Below are positions 21,655-34,821 of a DNA stretch of 42,102 bases, piece by piece (the stretch's first letter is position 1; the number at the start of each line of letters is the position of its first letter). This stretch comes from Rhizaria sp. SCN 62-66 (Eukaryota). The notes beneath the pieces are model-generated. The model did not search any database. It was not told where the DNA came from and saw nothing but the letters and a program-made list of their open reading frames with translations. The stretch is taken from assembly GCA_001724265.1 (NCBI GenBank), contig MEDY01000270.1, positions 1-42,102 on the forward strand. Reading direction: 5' to 3'. Both the position numbers and the translations under genes were made by a program.

Positions 21655-24600
21655 CGAAGTGGTGACCGTGGGCTGGAGAGGTGCAGAGGCGTCGAGGAGC
21701 GCGAGCGAGTGGCGCCAGTCCACAATGACCGTGAGCAGACACAGAGCACGGGCGCAGCGGGCGCGCGCCACGGCCCAGTGCGCCGCCGTCCAGGGGGTAG
21801 TTACACCGGGTAAGGGGGTACTTAGACCGAGACCCATGCAGTCGGGGGGCCGCGCGGGCAGAGGGGGCCAGACGACGGGGGTGATTTCACTCTCGTCCTC
21901 GTCCTCGTCGTCGTTGGTGTTGCCATTGCGTTCGTCATCGTCACTGCTGCCGTTGTTGTTGATACTGCTGCGCACTGAGCCGTTCTTATCGTCGTCCTCA
22001 GCGTCAGCAATGGAGCCGGCTGAAGCGACAACCGCGGCCACGGCCTCAGCCTCCCCTTCAACGCCCGCTGAAACAGCGCCAGTATTTGCACTCGCGGCGG
22101 AGCTACTTACGTTGCCAGCAGAAGGACTACTGCCGAGGTTGTAAGTGGGCCGCGGCAAGAGCAGCATCCGGCGCGCCCGCACGAACTCCAAGGGCGCGGC
22201 CTGACTTAAGTACCCCAGTGCGGGGGCCGCACCGGCGACGGCCGCGACTGAGGCGCGCAGACGCAGCGCGGCAGCGGCGAGGACCAGAGCACACGCGCGG
22301 TCTCCCGCCGAAGTCGCGGAGAGCACGGGCTTTGCACGCACAGCCGTCGCACTGGCACTTGTCCTGCCACCAGCGCCAGTGTGACTTGTGCTGTTGCTGT
22401 TGCTGCTGATGCTCGGATTGTTGTTGGCGTTGTTGCTGCTGTTGTTGATGAAGTGGAAGTGGAGCGAATCAGGGTCTGCGCTAAGACAGTGCAGCAGCAA
22501 ATCGTCCACAGCAGCTTTTGCATTGTCGCTATAATCACCACCGCCGCCATTGTCAGACTCGTTGCTCCCGTCGCCGTCGTCCTTCATCGTCTTCTGCGAG
22601 TAATTACGCTTATACTGTTGTGTGGCAAGGCTGATGAACGCGTTCTTCATTCCCCGACGTTCTTTTTTCGACCCCATCGGCTCCCACTCCCCGCCGGCCA
22701 GCGCGAGCGCGAGCCTGGGCGCTGCGACTGCCGCGGCCAGCATAGGCACCAGGTCCGCGTCCTCGTCCCCTGCCGCGGCGCCGTCGCAGTGCGCAAAGGC
22801 TGGCGAGTACCACGGCAGCGCGGAAAGGTGCGGTGCCCGGAGCGGCCGCCAGCGCGCGCAGTCGACGCGGGCCAAGGGTGCGCAGAGAGCGGCGGCGGCG
22901 GCAGGCGCGCGCGCGGCGCGGTACGATGCCGGGGCCGCGGCGCGCCAGGCGGCGAGGTGCGACAACAGCGGGGAGAGGTGCACGAGGTCTGGGGCTGCAC
23001 CAGCGAAGACCGAGTCGAGCGCGGTGAGGCATGACGACAGCGCAGCGTCACCGGGATTCATAGTCAAACTCACCGCACTCTGCCCACTAGAGCTCGCGCT
23101 CGAGCTAGAGCTAGAGCTAGAGGAAGGATTGTGTTTGAGGTGGAGACGCGAGTCGTCGGGGAGGACGCCGAGGCACTCGATGGCAAGGCCGCAAGTTAGG
23201 CCGCGCAGAGGAGAAGTCAGGTTGGAAGTCAGGCCGCTCCTCATGTTGGTGGTGTTGTTCACATCACCGGCGTTAGCGCTGACGCGAGCGATGGAGTCTT
23301 CGGCCAGCGTGACTGCGAAGAATGCAGAGCCCGCTGTGAGCGCCTGCGACATGGAGCACTGCGCAGCAACACTTCCGCTATCAATCACGCTCGCACTCGC
23401 ATTAGCATTAGCATTTGCACCACTGTTGTTCTGGTTTGACGCTGGCGCGGGTGTAAGGGGCGGGAATGTAAGTACGTCAGCGACCACGGTCACGCCACCG
23501 ACATTACCGCTGCCAAACCAACCCAGTCGCCTGTCATACACTGTCACAGTAGAGCCGGAGCTAGAAACACCGGAGCTAGAGCTAGAACTGTTGGAGTTGT
23601 TGTTCAGCATGTTGCGTAGCAGTGAGCGTGTGCTACGGCGGGCGCGGCGCGTCGCGGGCAGCTCGTCATGCCAGCGCACCCGGAAGCCCCTTACAGCCTC
23701 TACGGACGACGGAGCACTTACATTTCCAGCGGCCATCCCCTTAGATCCAGTGCCCGAGGCAGCAGCAGCGAGGGCGACGTCAGTGGCGGCCGCGGCAGCC
23801 GCGTCAGCGCCGACACCGCCGCCGTTGCCACAGACGCCCAGCACAGCCTCAATGTTGTTACCATTCACCGCGGCGCTATTGGTAAGGCTATTGCTGTTGG
23901 CGTTGGTTGCGGAGTCCCCGCCGCGCGCCGCCGTGGCGACGGCGGCTGCGAAGCCCTCGCCCTCGACCGCGGCCGCCGCGTCGCTGTAATGCGCGGCCGC
24001 GGCCCGCCACTGCGCACGGCCCCTGCGCCGCCGCAGCCGCGCCGCCGCGCGCTCCGCCGCCGCCGCGACGCCCCCGCGCGCCGCCAGCAGCGCTGCGAGA
24101 CGCGTGACATGCTCCTGGCACTGCGCGCGCGCCTCACACGCCACGGCGGCGGACTCGGCAGCCAGAGTCAGTTTCTCCAGTGACCTGTGTAGGAACGCGG
24201 CGTCGGAAGCGGCGGCGGCGGACGCGGAGGCCGAGGACGAGACCGCGGCAGCGGCATGGGAGCGCGCTGAAGTTAAGCCGCTGATGAGCTCGGCCAGGGA
24301 CTGGGAAGCCGCGGCGGCGGCGTTGGCATAGCGACCCATGCCGACAGCAGCGTCGCCCGCATTCGCGCCTGCGCCTGCGCCGCCGCTGCTGACGTTGGTG
24401 TTGGCGGCAGATGCGGCCTTGGCGGTGGCGGGCGCGGAGAACGGGTCGTTAGCACGGCGGCTAAACATACCGACGCGCTTTTTAGTCTGGCCGCCTGCTG
24501 CTGCTGCTGGTGACGACAAGGCAGCGCTGGGATTCGCATCGACGCTGTTGCTGCTGACCGCGTGAATGTCACTGGTGGCGGCACCAGATCGTGCCAGCAG

Positions 24601-26374
24601 AGTCTTGTGCCATTCACGCTGCACATTGTCATCGTCATCATCATCATCGTTATGATCATCCCGACCGTTGCGCTGGAAGCCACGGGAGCTACCTTCAGCG
24701 CCTTCGCCAGTCCCCGACTTGCCGTGGCCCGCAGTGTCGCCGTAGAGATACTCGTGGCGGCTTAGCTTCTCCTTGCTGGCGGCACGCGCGGCGGCCGCGG
24801 CTTCGTCCTCGGCCTCGGCACGCTTGAGAGCGGCTGCGATGCGGCGCTGCCGGTGCGTGTCAAGGGCACTTACACAGCCGCCGAGGGTACTTAGACTCAT
24901 CTGCGACGAAGCGCTGCTTGCGCCGGTGCTAGAGGCCTTGCTGCTGGCGCCGGCGCCGGCGCCGCCGCCACCGGGGACCGGAGCAGGGGTGTAGTCGTCT
25001 CGGTCGCTGTCACTGTCATTCAGCCCTCCGCCGCGACCGCCGCCGCGGCCGCGACCGCGATCGTTGTTAGCGTCGTAGTCATCGCCGCCGTCGTTGAGCT
25101 CGATGGGGCGGTTGCGACTGCCACCGGCGCTCTCAGCGTGGCTCTTGCTCGTCGTAGAATACTTCGCGCTGTGACCGTCAGCGGCGTCAGAGTCCGAGTC
25201 GGAAAGATAAGTCACGTCGAACTTGTCCTTCTTGACGCCCCACTCAGCCTCAACAACGCCATCCTCCATCTCACCACCGCTGGAGCTCGCAGCGCCATAG
25301 CCAACGCAAGCGCCGTAGCCAGTGCGAGAGCTAGAGTTAGAGCCAGGGCGGCGGCCTGCGGGGGCGGCGGAGGCGAAAGTGATTCCCTTTTCAGCAGCAC
25401 TGCGGTAGAGCGCGCCTGAGCCGAACTTGTTATCACCGGAGCCCTCGTCAAACACGCTGTGATTCGCCCCAAACGCAGAGCCAGAGCCGCGGATAGAGCC
25501 AGAGTCTGCGCCTGCACTTGCGGTGAGAGGGGCAGTGCCCGCGGCTGCAACTGCTGCGGCGCGGCGGCGGCGGGCCTCGGCGGCTAGCGCGGCGACTGTG
25601 GCGTCATCGGGGGCCTCGGAGGCGTCCCAGCGCTCGGCCGCGTCGAAGGGGGTACTTAGACTGCCTGATGGGTCGGTGTCGTCACCGAGAGCGAGCGCAA
25701 TGCGACGACGGCGATCGGCGTCGTCGTCGCTTGTATCATTAGTCAGGTCGACAGCGCTCTTCTTGTCGATGTTGTCGTTGTAATTGATGTTGTTGTTAGC
25801 GTCAGGATTGTCAAAGGGATTATCGGACAGTTGGCCACGGTCGTGCAGGGTACTCAGTTCCTCCACCGAATACACACGCAATGCAGACGACGAAGTCGCG
25901 GCAGTTGTACTACCATTCTCCGCCGAGGCACCTAGACCCGAAGTAGTACTTAGATTCGCGGCGCGCAGCGCAGCCAGCTCCTTCGGCCCATAACGCCCGC
26001 CGACGACAGCGCCGCTCACACCGCCGCTACTCGCGGCGTCTGCGTCGTCGTCGCCCGCGTTAATGCCATCGTTACCGTCGCTGTTGTTGCCGGAGAGCGT
26101 GCTGTCAGTGTTCGCGGTGGCGGAGGCAGTGGCACGGGCGTTGGCGCGGGCGCGGGCGAGGATGCGCCGGCGCTGCAGCGTCTCTAAGTGCTTGCTCTCG
26201 GCGGACCCGTCCCCCTTAGACGAGTGGCCGTGAGCACCACGTGGGCCTGTGGTGCCGGCGGGGCCGAAGCTGTTAAACTCATCGTCGTCGTGATAGTCGG
26301 CTGAGAAGTCGGCGAATGCACTGGCGTCACCGGCACCAGACTTACCTTTGAATTTCGCAGTCTTAAATCCACCA

Positions 26375-26407
<33 letters not shown>

Positions 26408-26826
26408 TTGTTGTTGTTGTTGTGCACACTGTCGTTGTAAGAGGCGGAGTTGAGCGCGGTTGCGTCGTCATCGTAATCCGCGGCAAACTTACTATTCGTA
26501 GTCGTCGTCGTCGTCGCAGTAGCAGTCTTGGAGTCTGAACTAAAGCTCGATCTAGAGCTAGAGTTGGCACTGTTCGCAGTTGCAGACACAGACGCAACAG
26601 AGAGCTGCGAGAGCTCTGCGGCCACCGATGTAGGCGCGGTCGCACCAGTTGCGGCACTGGAGGTCGACGAGGACGCGCCAGTCGCACTTGCAGTCGGTTC
26701 AGTGGAATCGGCAGAGGAATCAGTTGTGGTTGCGGCAGCCTTCTTCGCGCCCTTCTTCTTGAACGACACGGGGGCGGCCGCGGCCGATGCTGACCCGGCA
26801 AGGGGGTCGAGCAGGTCGTAGTCCAT
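20851..26826 (-). CDS. GCFC-domain protein (PAXBP1/GCFC2/ILP1-like spliceosome disassembly factor), greatly expanded
   Basis: 1991-aa single ORF. VFAGAAPDLVHLSPLLSHLAAWRAAAPASY...RWRPL...LPWY...DEDADLVPML...WEPM matches the GCFC domain. N-terminal YGPKELAALR and PDDATVAAL..ARRRR resemble conserved family motifs. Confidence 0.8.
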
Positions 26827-27355
26827 CGGTGAGGATGTTTTGTGTTGCGAACCTATTACGGGATGGTGCTGTGCAGCGCGCTTTGTAGTGGATCAAACCA
26901 GAGGGCAACGGCTGTGTTCTACGGTGAGAGGAAAAGAGGAATAGACAAACAAGGAGTGAGCAAATGAAAAGATTAAAAGCAAATTACATATAAAACATAC
27001 GTTTAATTATCATATGACTATTCCATGTGCTCGTGACGGATCTAGCATGTAGCAATTCGTAATCCCTTCAGGCTGATTCGACGGCTCCCCAACGCCAAAC
27101 TTCTTGCTCTCGTTCGCATTCATCTCCGCACCACGGACAAATACACAGATATATCTATGATACAAAACAGATAGCGACTCATTTCAGAATATAGTACATT
27201 TCATGGGTTGGCATATACTTAAAATATGAGTTCTATTGTATACGAGTGATTTGTCCCCGACAAAAAGAGACACTTGGCCTTAGATAAAACAACTAGATGA
27301 TATGATATACTCTCTACCTTTACATACGCAGGTGTTGATCGCAACTCGAAGCTGT

Positions 27356-29179
27356 TCACTCGCTGTCGTTCTCGCCATCCTTCATACTAGCAGCAGCATC
27401 AGCAGCAGCAGCCACCTCCTTCTTGCCCTCCTGCTGCTTGTTCTCCTTGGACTTGTTGTTGTGCTTGTTGTCGTTGCGGTTGTTGCCGTCATGCGTGCGC
27501 TTCCTGTCGTTGTTCTGGCGCTCACGCGGATTGTTCGCCTTGTTATTGTTCCCCGCAGCGGCAGTCGCAGCGCCAGCGCCAGTGGCAGCGCCAGCGGCCT
27601 CGTTGGCCTTGGGCTTCATCGCCTGGACCTCGATGTGGCGGTTGTTGCACACGAGGAAGGCCCACTTGCGCGCCTCACGGATACGCTTCTCGCGCTCAAA
27701 CCGCGCCACGCGCTCAGACTTCGCGGCTTCATCACTATCGGCGTCGTTGGCTGCCTTGAGCTCCGCCAGCGCAGCCGCGTCCGCCGCAGCGGTCTCGGCG
27801 TCCATGTCGTCGTCGTCGTCGCTGCCCGCGCCGTCCTCGGCGGTCTTCTTAGCGGCGGCGGCATCCTTCTTGGTGCCGTCTGCGCCTGCAGCGGTGGCCG
27901 CAGCAAACTCGGCCATCTTGCCGTCGACGCGCGCGCGGCCGGTCTGCCAGCGGGTCAGCACAGCGCGCGCGGTGCCAGGCTTGGCGAACGTCACGAACAT
28001 GAAGCCCTTGAACGCGTTGTCGGCCTTGGGCACCAGACGCAGCTGCGTGATACCGGCCTCGGCGAGGAGCGCCTTTGCTGACTCAGCGCGCGCGAGACGG
28101 CGCGTGTACAGAGCAGCGCGGTCGAGGCCGGTGCTCGCGGCCGTCTCGGCGGCCACGTCGGCCGCGATGAGGTTCGCGATCAGCTCGGGGCCCGTCGAAC
28201 GGTGCGTCGCCGCCTTGGACTTCGACTTAGCAGCCTAAACAGATCACAACAGAAGATGAAGATGAGTTAGATGCGGGGGTACATTTCACATCGTTGTAAT
28301 AAATCGCATTGTCATGCATATACCATCATAGTTTCTTATAAAAAGTTAGTTAGAGCAAGATATTGCGAAAAATGATGTGGAATGACATACCTGGGCGGCA
28401 GCGGCGGCGGCGGTGGCGGCCTGCTTGGCGGCGATGAGCTCGGGGAAAAGCTTCGAGGGCGCAAGCTTGGCCTCGACCATGTTGGCGACGATCCAGCGCG
28501 CGAGCGTGTAGTAATCATTCTCAAACGCGAAGTTCATCATGTAGAGCGTGCTGCCCGCGCTCTCGCAGCTCGTGTCCTTGACGAGTGCAGAACCCACGGC
28601 ACCCATGAGGACGGAGTGCGGGTTCACCGCCTTGCCAGACGCGCGGCGCATCACGGCGTTGACCGCGCTGGCGGGCGCGTTACGGCCCACGGTGCGCGCG
28701 AGGGCGGTGGCGGCCGAGGCAGTGCGGGCGTCCTGCGAAGTCGAGGCCATCTGACCGACGAGCTTGGTCAGAGCAGCGATCTGGGCCTTGAGGGCGTCAA
28801 CGCTCGCGTTTGAGCTGCTGGAGTCCTTGCCCTTGCTGTCCTTGTGGTCGGAGCGGGGGCGCTTGACCTGGGGAGCAGCGGCGTCGGACTCGGCTGCAGC
28901 AGTCTCGGTGGCGGCGGCGGCCGGGGCGGCCGGGGCGGCCGGGGCGGCAGCGGCAGCGGCAGCAGTGGAGTCGAACGTAGAATCGTCAACGACGGTGATG
29001 GGCTTCTTGTTCTTCTTGTCAGCAGGCACAAGAGGCTTGGAAACGTCAACGTCGACGGTCGCGGTGGCCGCGGAGTCGGCGGAGTCGGCGTCGGCAGAGT
29101 CCTTGGGGCCGCGGTTGCGGTTGCGGATACGCTTGCGGGCGGCACCGGTAGCGGCGTCATTTACGGGAGAATCAGACAT
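27356..29179 (-). CDS. RRM-domain RNA-binding protein with basic/charged tails (possibly nucleolar)
   Basis: Exons 29179-28391 and 28234-27356; intron GTATGT...TAG. RNP2-like TLYMMNF, RNP1 KGFMFVTF, and beta4-like NRHIEV. Confidence 0.7.
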
Positions 29180-29639
29180 CGAGATAAGTAGTTACCTAGC
29201 GATGCGGAATGTATCACTCCAGCGGGCTAATGCAAAAGAATGACGCGATTTGCGAGCCGCCTCCTGAGCGCTTCGCTCCGCCCGTCCGCAACTTTTTTTC
29301 GGAACGAGCTAGTCCGAGACTAGAAGGATTACTTCGCGCTGAGAGCTGCTCAACGTCACCGAGCGAGCAGTTCGTCACAGGACGAGGCCTGAACGACGAG
29401 TTCAGTATGCGGGCTACATTTCGAATTGGCTGTCGTCAAGCGCGGGTTTAATTGCACATACCGATATAAGCATTCTCGAAAAACTTTAATGTTTTACAAG
29501 CTGCTTATCACTGATTGTCTTACCAGAATTTCATGCTCCGAACAACTCACCCCTCCCCCTCGCTCTCTGCCGCTCTGCCCTACCGCGTCCACCTGCTATC
29601 TTATTTCTCGTTCACCGCTGCGACTGCGCGCAGAACGAA

Positions 29640-30135
29640 ATGTCCACCAAGGCCTCTAAGTGGTCCGCGTCGAAGAAGGAGCTGTCGCTGAAGCCCGTCG
29701 GCACGGACGTGGTGCAGCCCATCCCGCAGTACACCATGGCCCCTAAGGCCACGCCTCACAAGAAGAACTTCTTCGCTCAACGTACGCATTCATACCACAG
29801 TCAATTATTATATCGGTGCGATATAATATCAAATATTACGTCGGCCTTATAGACACGCAGTTTCACTTTAATTGAACGTTGTTTGACTTCGATATCCCTG
29901 TTTCTGTCCATACTCACGCTCACTCAAACGGTTTTCCATCCTTACTATTTCCCCCTGCTCTGCACTGCTCCGACTGCCTTTTGCGCGCGCAGTTTGGTAC
30001 CGCTGGACGCTAATGACGACGTTTGCGCTGCTGGATTCGTGGGAGATCTTCGTTGCTCATCTGTTCATGGCTGTGACCTTCGCCACCGCCGTCTACTACA
30101 GCTACCAGGGCCTCAACTCCATGGGTGCGCTCTAA
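29640..30135 (+). CDS. Serine palmitoyltransferase small subunit (ssSPT)
   Basis: Exons 29640-29781 and 29993-30135; the second exon's coding frame is absent from the ORF track. Spliced product ...FFAQLWYRWTLMTTFALLDSWEIFVAHLFMAVTFATAVYYSY fits the ssSPT L(E/D)xWE plus transmembrane pattern. Confidence 0.8.
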
Positions 30136-30817
30136 AGCACCAGTCAAGCCTGCTAAACGCAACGCAAACGCACGAATGCCATTGAGACACTTTAATCACG
30201 CGTGATATATGCAGCTTAATGTGAGTTTATTTCACGCAACGCTTATTTAAGCTTGATAAACCGCTTTTATGCATGCTGAATGAGCGCCTGCTGAGCTCGC
30301 TTGTGCGTTGCCGGCAAGTCTCCAGTCTCTTTTCTGTTCGGTCATGGTTTGCGCTACTGCCATATCCGGTCCTTAATTTGCACCATGTGTTGTGTGGAGC
30401 TGTTTTAGACGAACCAACTCCCCCTTTTGTGACATAGTTTTATACCCTTCTCAGGCTCGGTGCGCCTTAAGCGGCCGAGCGCATACAAAGAAATCCGCAT
30501 TAATATAACTTCAAACACATATAAAACAAAGAATTATATAATTTTCCACTTGATCTTGCATATACTTGAGTAATACACTAGTTGGGCATGATATAAACCG
30601 CTTTAGAAGTTGAGTTAGATCTGAAAGTTGTTTGTGGTGAAATGATGCTTCGTTGCGGTTTGGACGAGAACGAGAAGAAGCGAAAAGAGGTGTGCGCAAA
30701 TATAGACTTTCACATGATTGCCGACGTCAAAACAAGCTGTATCCAGCTTAATCGTTATTTTTATGTGCGCTCACACTCAAATTTGTTTTATTTATTTCTC
30801 CAACAGTCGCGCAGAGT

Positions 30818-31673
30818 ATGGTGCAGACGAGCAAAGACAAGGTGTCCCGCGTGCAGCAAGGCATCAAGTCTGAGCGCCCGCGCGTCGACCCCTTCGGCGG
30901 CCGCCGCAAGTGCGCACCGGTGCAGAAGTACGTCGCACCCGAGGAGCGCCGCAAGACTGCCGCGATTAACAACAACATCGCGAAGATCATGGCGAACCGT
31001 GTTATTCACGAAGGTGGCGTGTTGAAGCTTCTGAAGGACAAGAAACAGGGCGCAAACGTCGAGGAGTTCCACAAGTCTGGTCCCCACATCACCGGCGTTC
31101 AGACCAAGCTCCGCGCCGGCCAGAACGCTCGCCGTCGGTACGTTACTTGCCCGCATTCTCATATACTTCGTTTTATTTCTGTTTCACACGTATTCTCTCT
31201 GCTTGCTCTCGCGTCATTCAAGTCTCGCTCACTCTTTCCGATTTCCTTCGCTTTCTCTCATATACAGTGCCAAGGCCGAGGCGCATCAGGCGCTGGTGCA
31301 GAAGGAGGTCAACGACGAGATTGCCGAGCTCGAGGCCAAGCGCCGCGCGAATCCCTACGCCGACGCCCCCGTCAAGCGCAAGCCCCGTTTGCCGGTGCCC
31401 TCCTTCAACCCGCTCGCGGACGACGACGTAGCGGGCGACTTTTTCGGGACCGACGACGAAGCCGAGACCGACGAGAGCAAGAAGGCTGTCGACGAGGAGG
31501 CGGACAATGCCCAGGCCGAGGCTGCTGCGAAGGCGGCGGCGGCGGTATCTAAGGGCAAGGGAAGTAAGGGCGCTGCGGCGGGAACGGTGGGGATGAGTAT
31601 GCCTGCGCGCAAGAGCGGATTCCGCGGTGTGACTGACGCTAAGACGGCCGCGTTGCTTGAGGCCGATTTCTGA
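30818..31673 (+). CDS. UPF0390/DUF2462 (C19orf53-like) protein with C-terminal extension
   Basis: Exons 30818-31137 and 31268-31673. MVQ start, GGRRKCAP and TAAINNNIAKIMANR...GVLKLLK resemble the UPF0390 core. Confidence 0.6.
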
Positions 31674-32371
31674 GCGAGCTACAGAGATATACCGTGCAAG
31701 TAATGCCCAGGCGACTCGACTGTCAGTCTTGTCGTTTTACTTTGATGTCGTTTTACGACCTGTTCAGACTCGAGACAGCAGCAGCTGCACAGAGAGGCTA
31801 TGAGTAGCCAGCGCGGAGTGTTGTTACTCTAACATCACGTATACAGTAATATAGGGCCACCCATGAAAGCAATGAGACTCCAAATACACCCACATAACAC
31901 ATTTCACGTTTCAAACACAACTTGACTGAAGTTCTTGGGTTGGATAAAAACTGCGTAGTTGGTTTGTATTATAAATATATCATACAAATCTGAATAATAA
32001 TATGTTGTTTGTACTTGTTTTTGTTTCTTTGTTGTTCAAAATAGATAACACTGACCATGTCTCACGACTCATGACACTTGAACTTTTGGTTTCCAGTGTC
32101 TACGCAAGCAAGACGAAGGCCGTTTTGCCCCTTATTCATAGCATCCCGTTGTTCAGACGCCACTTACAAAGAGCTGTCTCTCAAACCCCTTCCAAAGTCG
32201 CCACTCGCTGATCTTTTGCTCTTGCACTCACATTTTGCATCTCAAACAAGTCAACGTTACAAAAGCGCAGCAATGTACAAGTGTGCATTAGCAACGATCG
32301 CGAGCGACACAGCGATTAAAGCCCTGCTGATGCAGATATTGCCTGTGTAGTAGTGATATTTCGCATTGACT

Positions 32372-33270
32372 TTACCGCTTGACGAAGGCGAAGCGCTTGC
32401 GGGCCTTGGCGAAACCGGTCTTCTTGCGTTCCACGGAACGCGGGTCACGACGAAGCATGTGCGCGGGCTTCAGCAGCGGGCGCATCGCGGGGTCCAGGTT
32501 CTGCAGCGCATTGGCAAGCGCGTGGCGGGCAGCACCAGACTGACCGACCTTGCCACCACCGTTGACGGTGATGAACGTGTCGACCTAAGGCGAGGAGAAA
32601 CCACAGAGGTGCATGCAGAGAAGAGAGCGTTAGTATTCGTATGTGAGGTTTGAAGCACTAGATGACTACATATGATACTGAAACATATACAGTAGATACA
32701 TAACATAGATGCGTTATGCGCATATAATTCATAGACTATCGCAGTACTGTGATTCATTAGGGATGTAATAGAACGTACCTGGGACGAGATGCCGCAGAGG
32801 AGCAGGGGCTCGAAGGCGTGCATGCGCTCCTCCATCGACGCGAAGTACTCCGAGTAAGGAATGCCGTTGATCACGTGCGCGCCGGTGCCGGGCTTGATGT
32901 GCGCAAAGGCGCGCGCGCTCTTGCGAGAGCCGGGGGCCTGCGCGACGCCGAACTCGTCGACGAGACGGAGACGGGCGCGGGCGGGCACAGTCTGCGTGCG
33001 GAACGACGTGGGCTTGTAGAGGTACTCGGAAAGCTCGGCGTACCAGTCCGCGGACTTGATGTCGGCCTGCGAGAGCAGGGAAGGAGGTGCGATGTGGGCG
33101 GACTTGTTGCGCAGCATCGAGTACTGGTCGTTAGGGTTCTCGTACCTGGTGAGTTCCTCGACGGTGGGCACGTAGTGGGGGTCGAACGTCGCCGCGCGCG
33201 CGGGGACGACCACGGCGCCGCGCAGCAGCTGCGACGCCACGGGACGGGCCTTGATCAAGCCACGGAGCAT
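32372..33270 (-). CDS. MRPS9: Mitochondrial ribosomal protein uS9m
   Basis: Exons 33270-32779 and 32584-32372. Presequence-like MLRGLIKAR; S9 motifs GSRKSARA, GGGKVGQSGAARHALA and RDPRSVERKKTGFAKARKRFAFVKR. The intron contains TACTAAC. Confidence 0.93.
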
Positions 33271-33733
33271 GGGGTCTGCAGGGAGCAAATGGAAAATGAA
33301 CAGGGAAGCAAGGGAGGGCGAAGGGCGGTGAGGCTTGGGTGGGACAGACCAGCGAAAGCGTGAGGGTGCAACGGGCACGCCACAAAAGGAGTTGCGCAAC
33401 GCATTTCACAATTGCAATAATATGTGCAGATAGAGATGGCTAACAAATTCTTCAGAGCTGTTTTTAAATGCTATTCTACCCACGGACATGGGAGCATGAA
33501 GCGCTTCAAATGTCGCGCTGTGGGAGCGTTGAGAAGTCTTTTCCGAAGACTTTTTGCGAACTCGCCGGCTGCGACAACAGAGCGAAGAAGGGTGAAAATA
33601 GGTCTTCTTTGAAGATCTCTAGTGCACTCTATTGTTCGTCAATATCTCTGCTGTTGGAGAATCTTTTAGATTGCTGACTTGACTCACTATTATTTTGTTT
33701 TCACCCCATTATTTGCGCTATAGCGTTCGGTGT

Positions 33734-34608
33734 ATGACAACATACCTCGAACTGTACCTCGATCTCCTCAAGGGTACGTCTTCGACATCTTTTTCTGTCT
33801 CAGAGCCTCTGATCTTCCTAGCACACTCCACTATCTTACTGACGCTCTTGTCATGTTTTATATTTGTAGGATTGCCTAACGATTTCATGCGCAACATGGC
33901 TCTCGTGGGTGTTCTCGACCAAAAGGTCGATGAGCTGAAGCCTCAGATCGAGGCTACTTCGGAGCCTATTACGGCCAGTGCGTCAACAAGCGCACGCCGT
34001 CTTGGTGTACGTTCAAACTCATTTTGTTTAGGATGTATCTACCATTTTAGCGCACATATTTGCATTTGAAAACGCTGAGGTGTTGCTGAGATCTCTGCCT
34101 CCCTAGTACCCGTATCCCCCAGCTTTCTTTCACTTACTTCCCATCCTTTTATCTTCGCTCTCACTTCACCATCACTCTTCACACTTTTTAGACCGACGAG
34201 TTAAGCGAGCTGACACGATTACTAAAGCTACGGCGCGACCGCGAGCGACTGGCGGGCGATATGTCGCTCGAAAAAATCGGTACCATCGACCAAGCTACGC
34301 TTTTGATTCAATCTTTCGTGGATAAACTCGACGAAGACCTTAAGAGTTTCGAACAAGACCTCGACCCGCACGTGCTGGCCAGCATCATGGAGGAAGAGGC
34401 CGCCGAGGCGCAGCGTACGGGCGAGTTTGGCGCGCTGCCGGCCTCGGCAGCGGCCTCCGCAGCATCTGCCAGTGCAGCGCACTACCTCTCTGGCGGATCC
34501 GGCGGCAACCGCAGTGGCGGCGGCGGCGGCGGCGGCTATGGCGGCGGTCACGGCGGCATGGCGTCGCACCAAGTGCTGCAGCAACAGGCACAGATGCAGC
34601 AGATGCTT

Positions 34609-34671
<63 letters not shown>

Positions 34672-34790
34672 TATGGCGGCAACGGCGGCCGCTACACTGG
34701 CGGCGGCGGCGGCGGCGGCAGCGGCGGGGCTAGTCTCAGTCGTCAGGGCACGGCGGTGACCGCTTCGAGCACCGCCAGCGGCCGCAGCGG

Positions 34791-34821
<31 letters not shown>

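Noticed and set aside
23087-23120. AGCTAG/AGCTCG hexamer runs in the GCFC gene
   Set aside because: Explained by poly-Ser slippage repeats (AGC TCT) in low-complexity coding sequence.
28235-28237. Other apparent in-frame TAGs (also 34189-34191 and 40968-40970)
   Set aside because: Each is the 3' splice acceptor of a typical AT/pyrimidine-rich intron, so they are not evidence for recoding.
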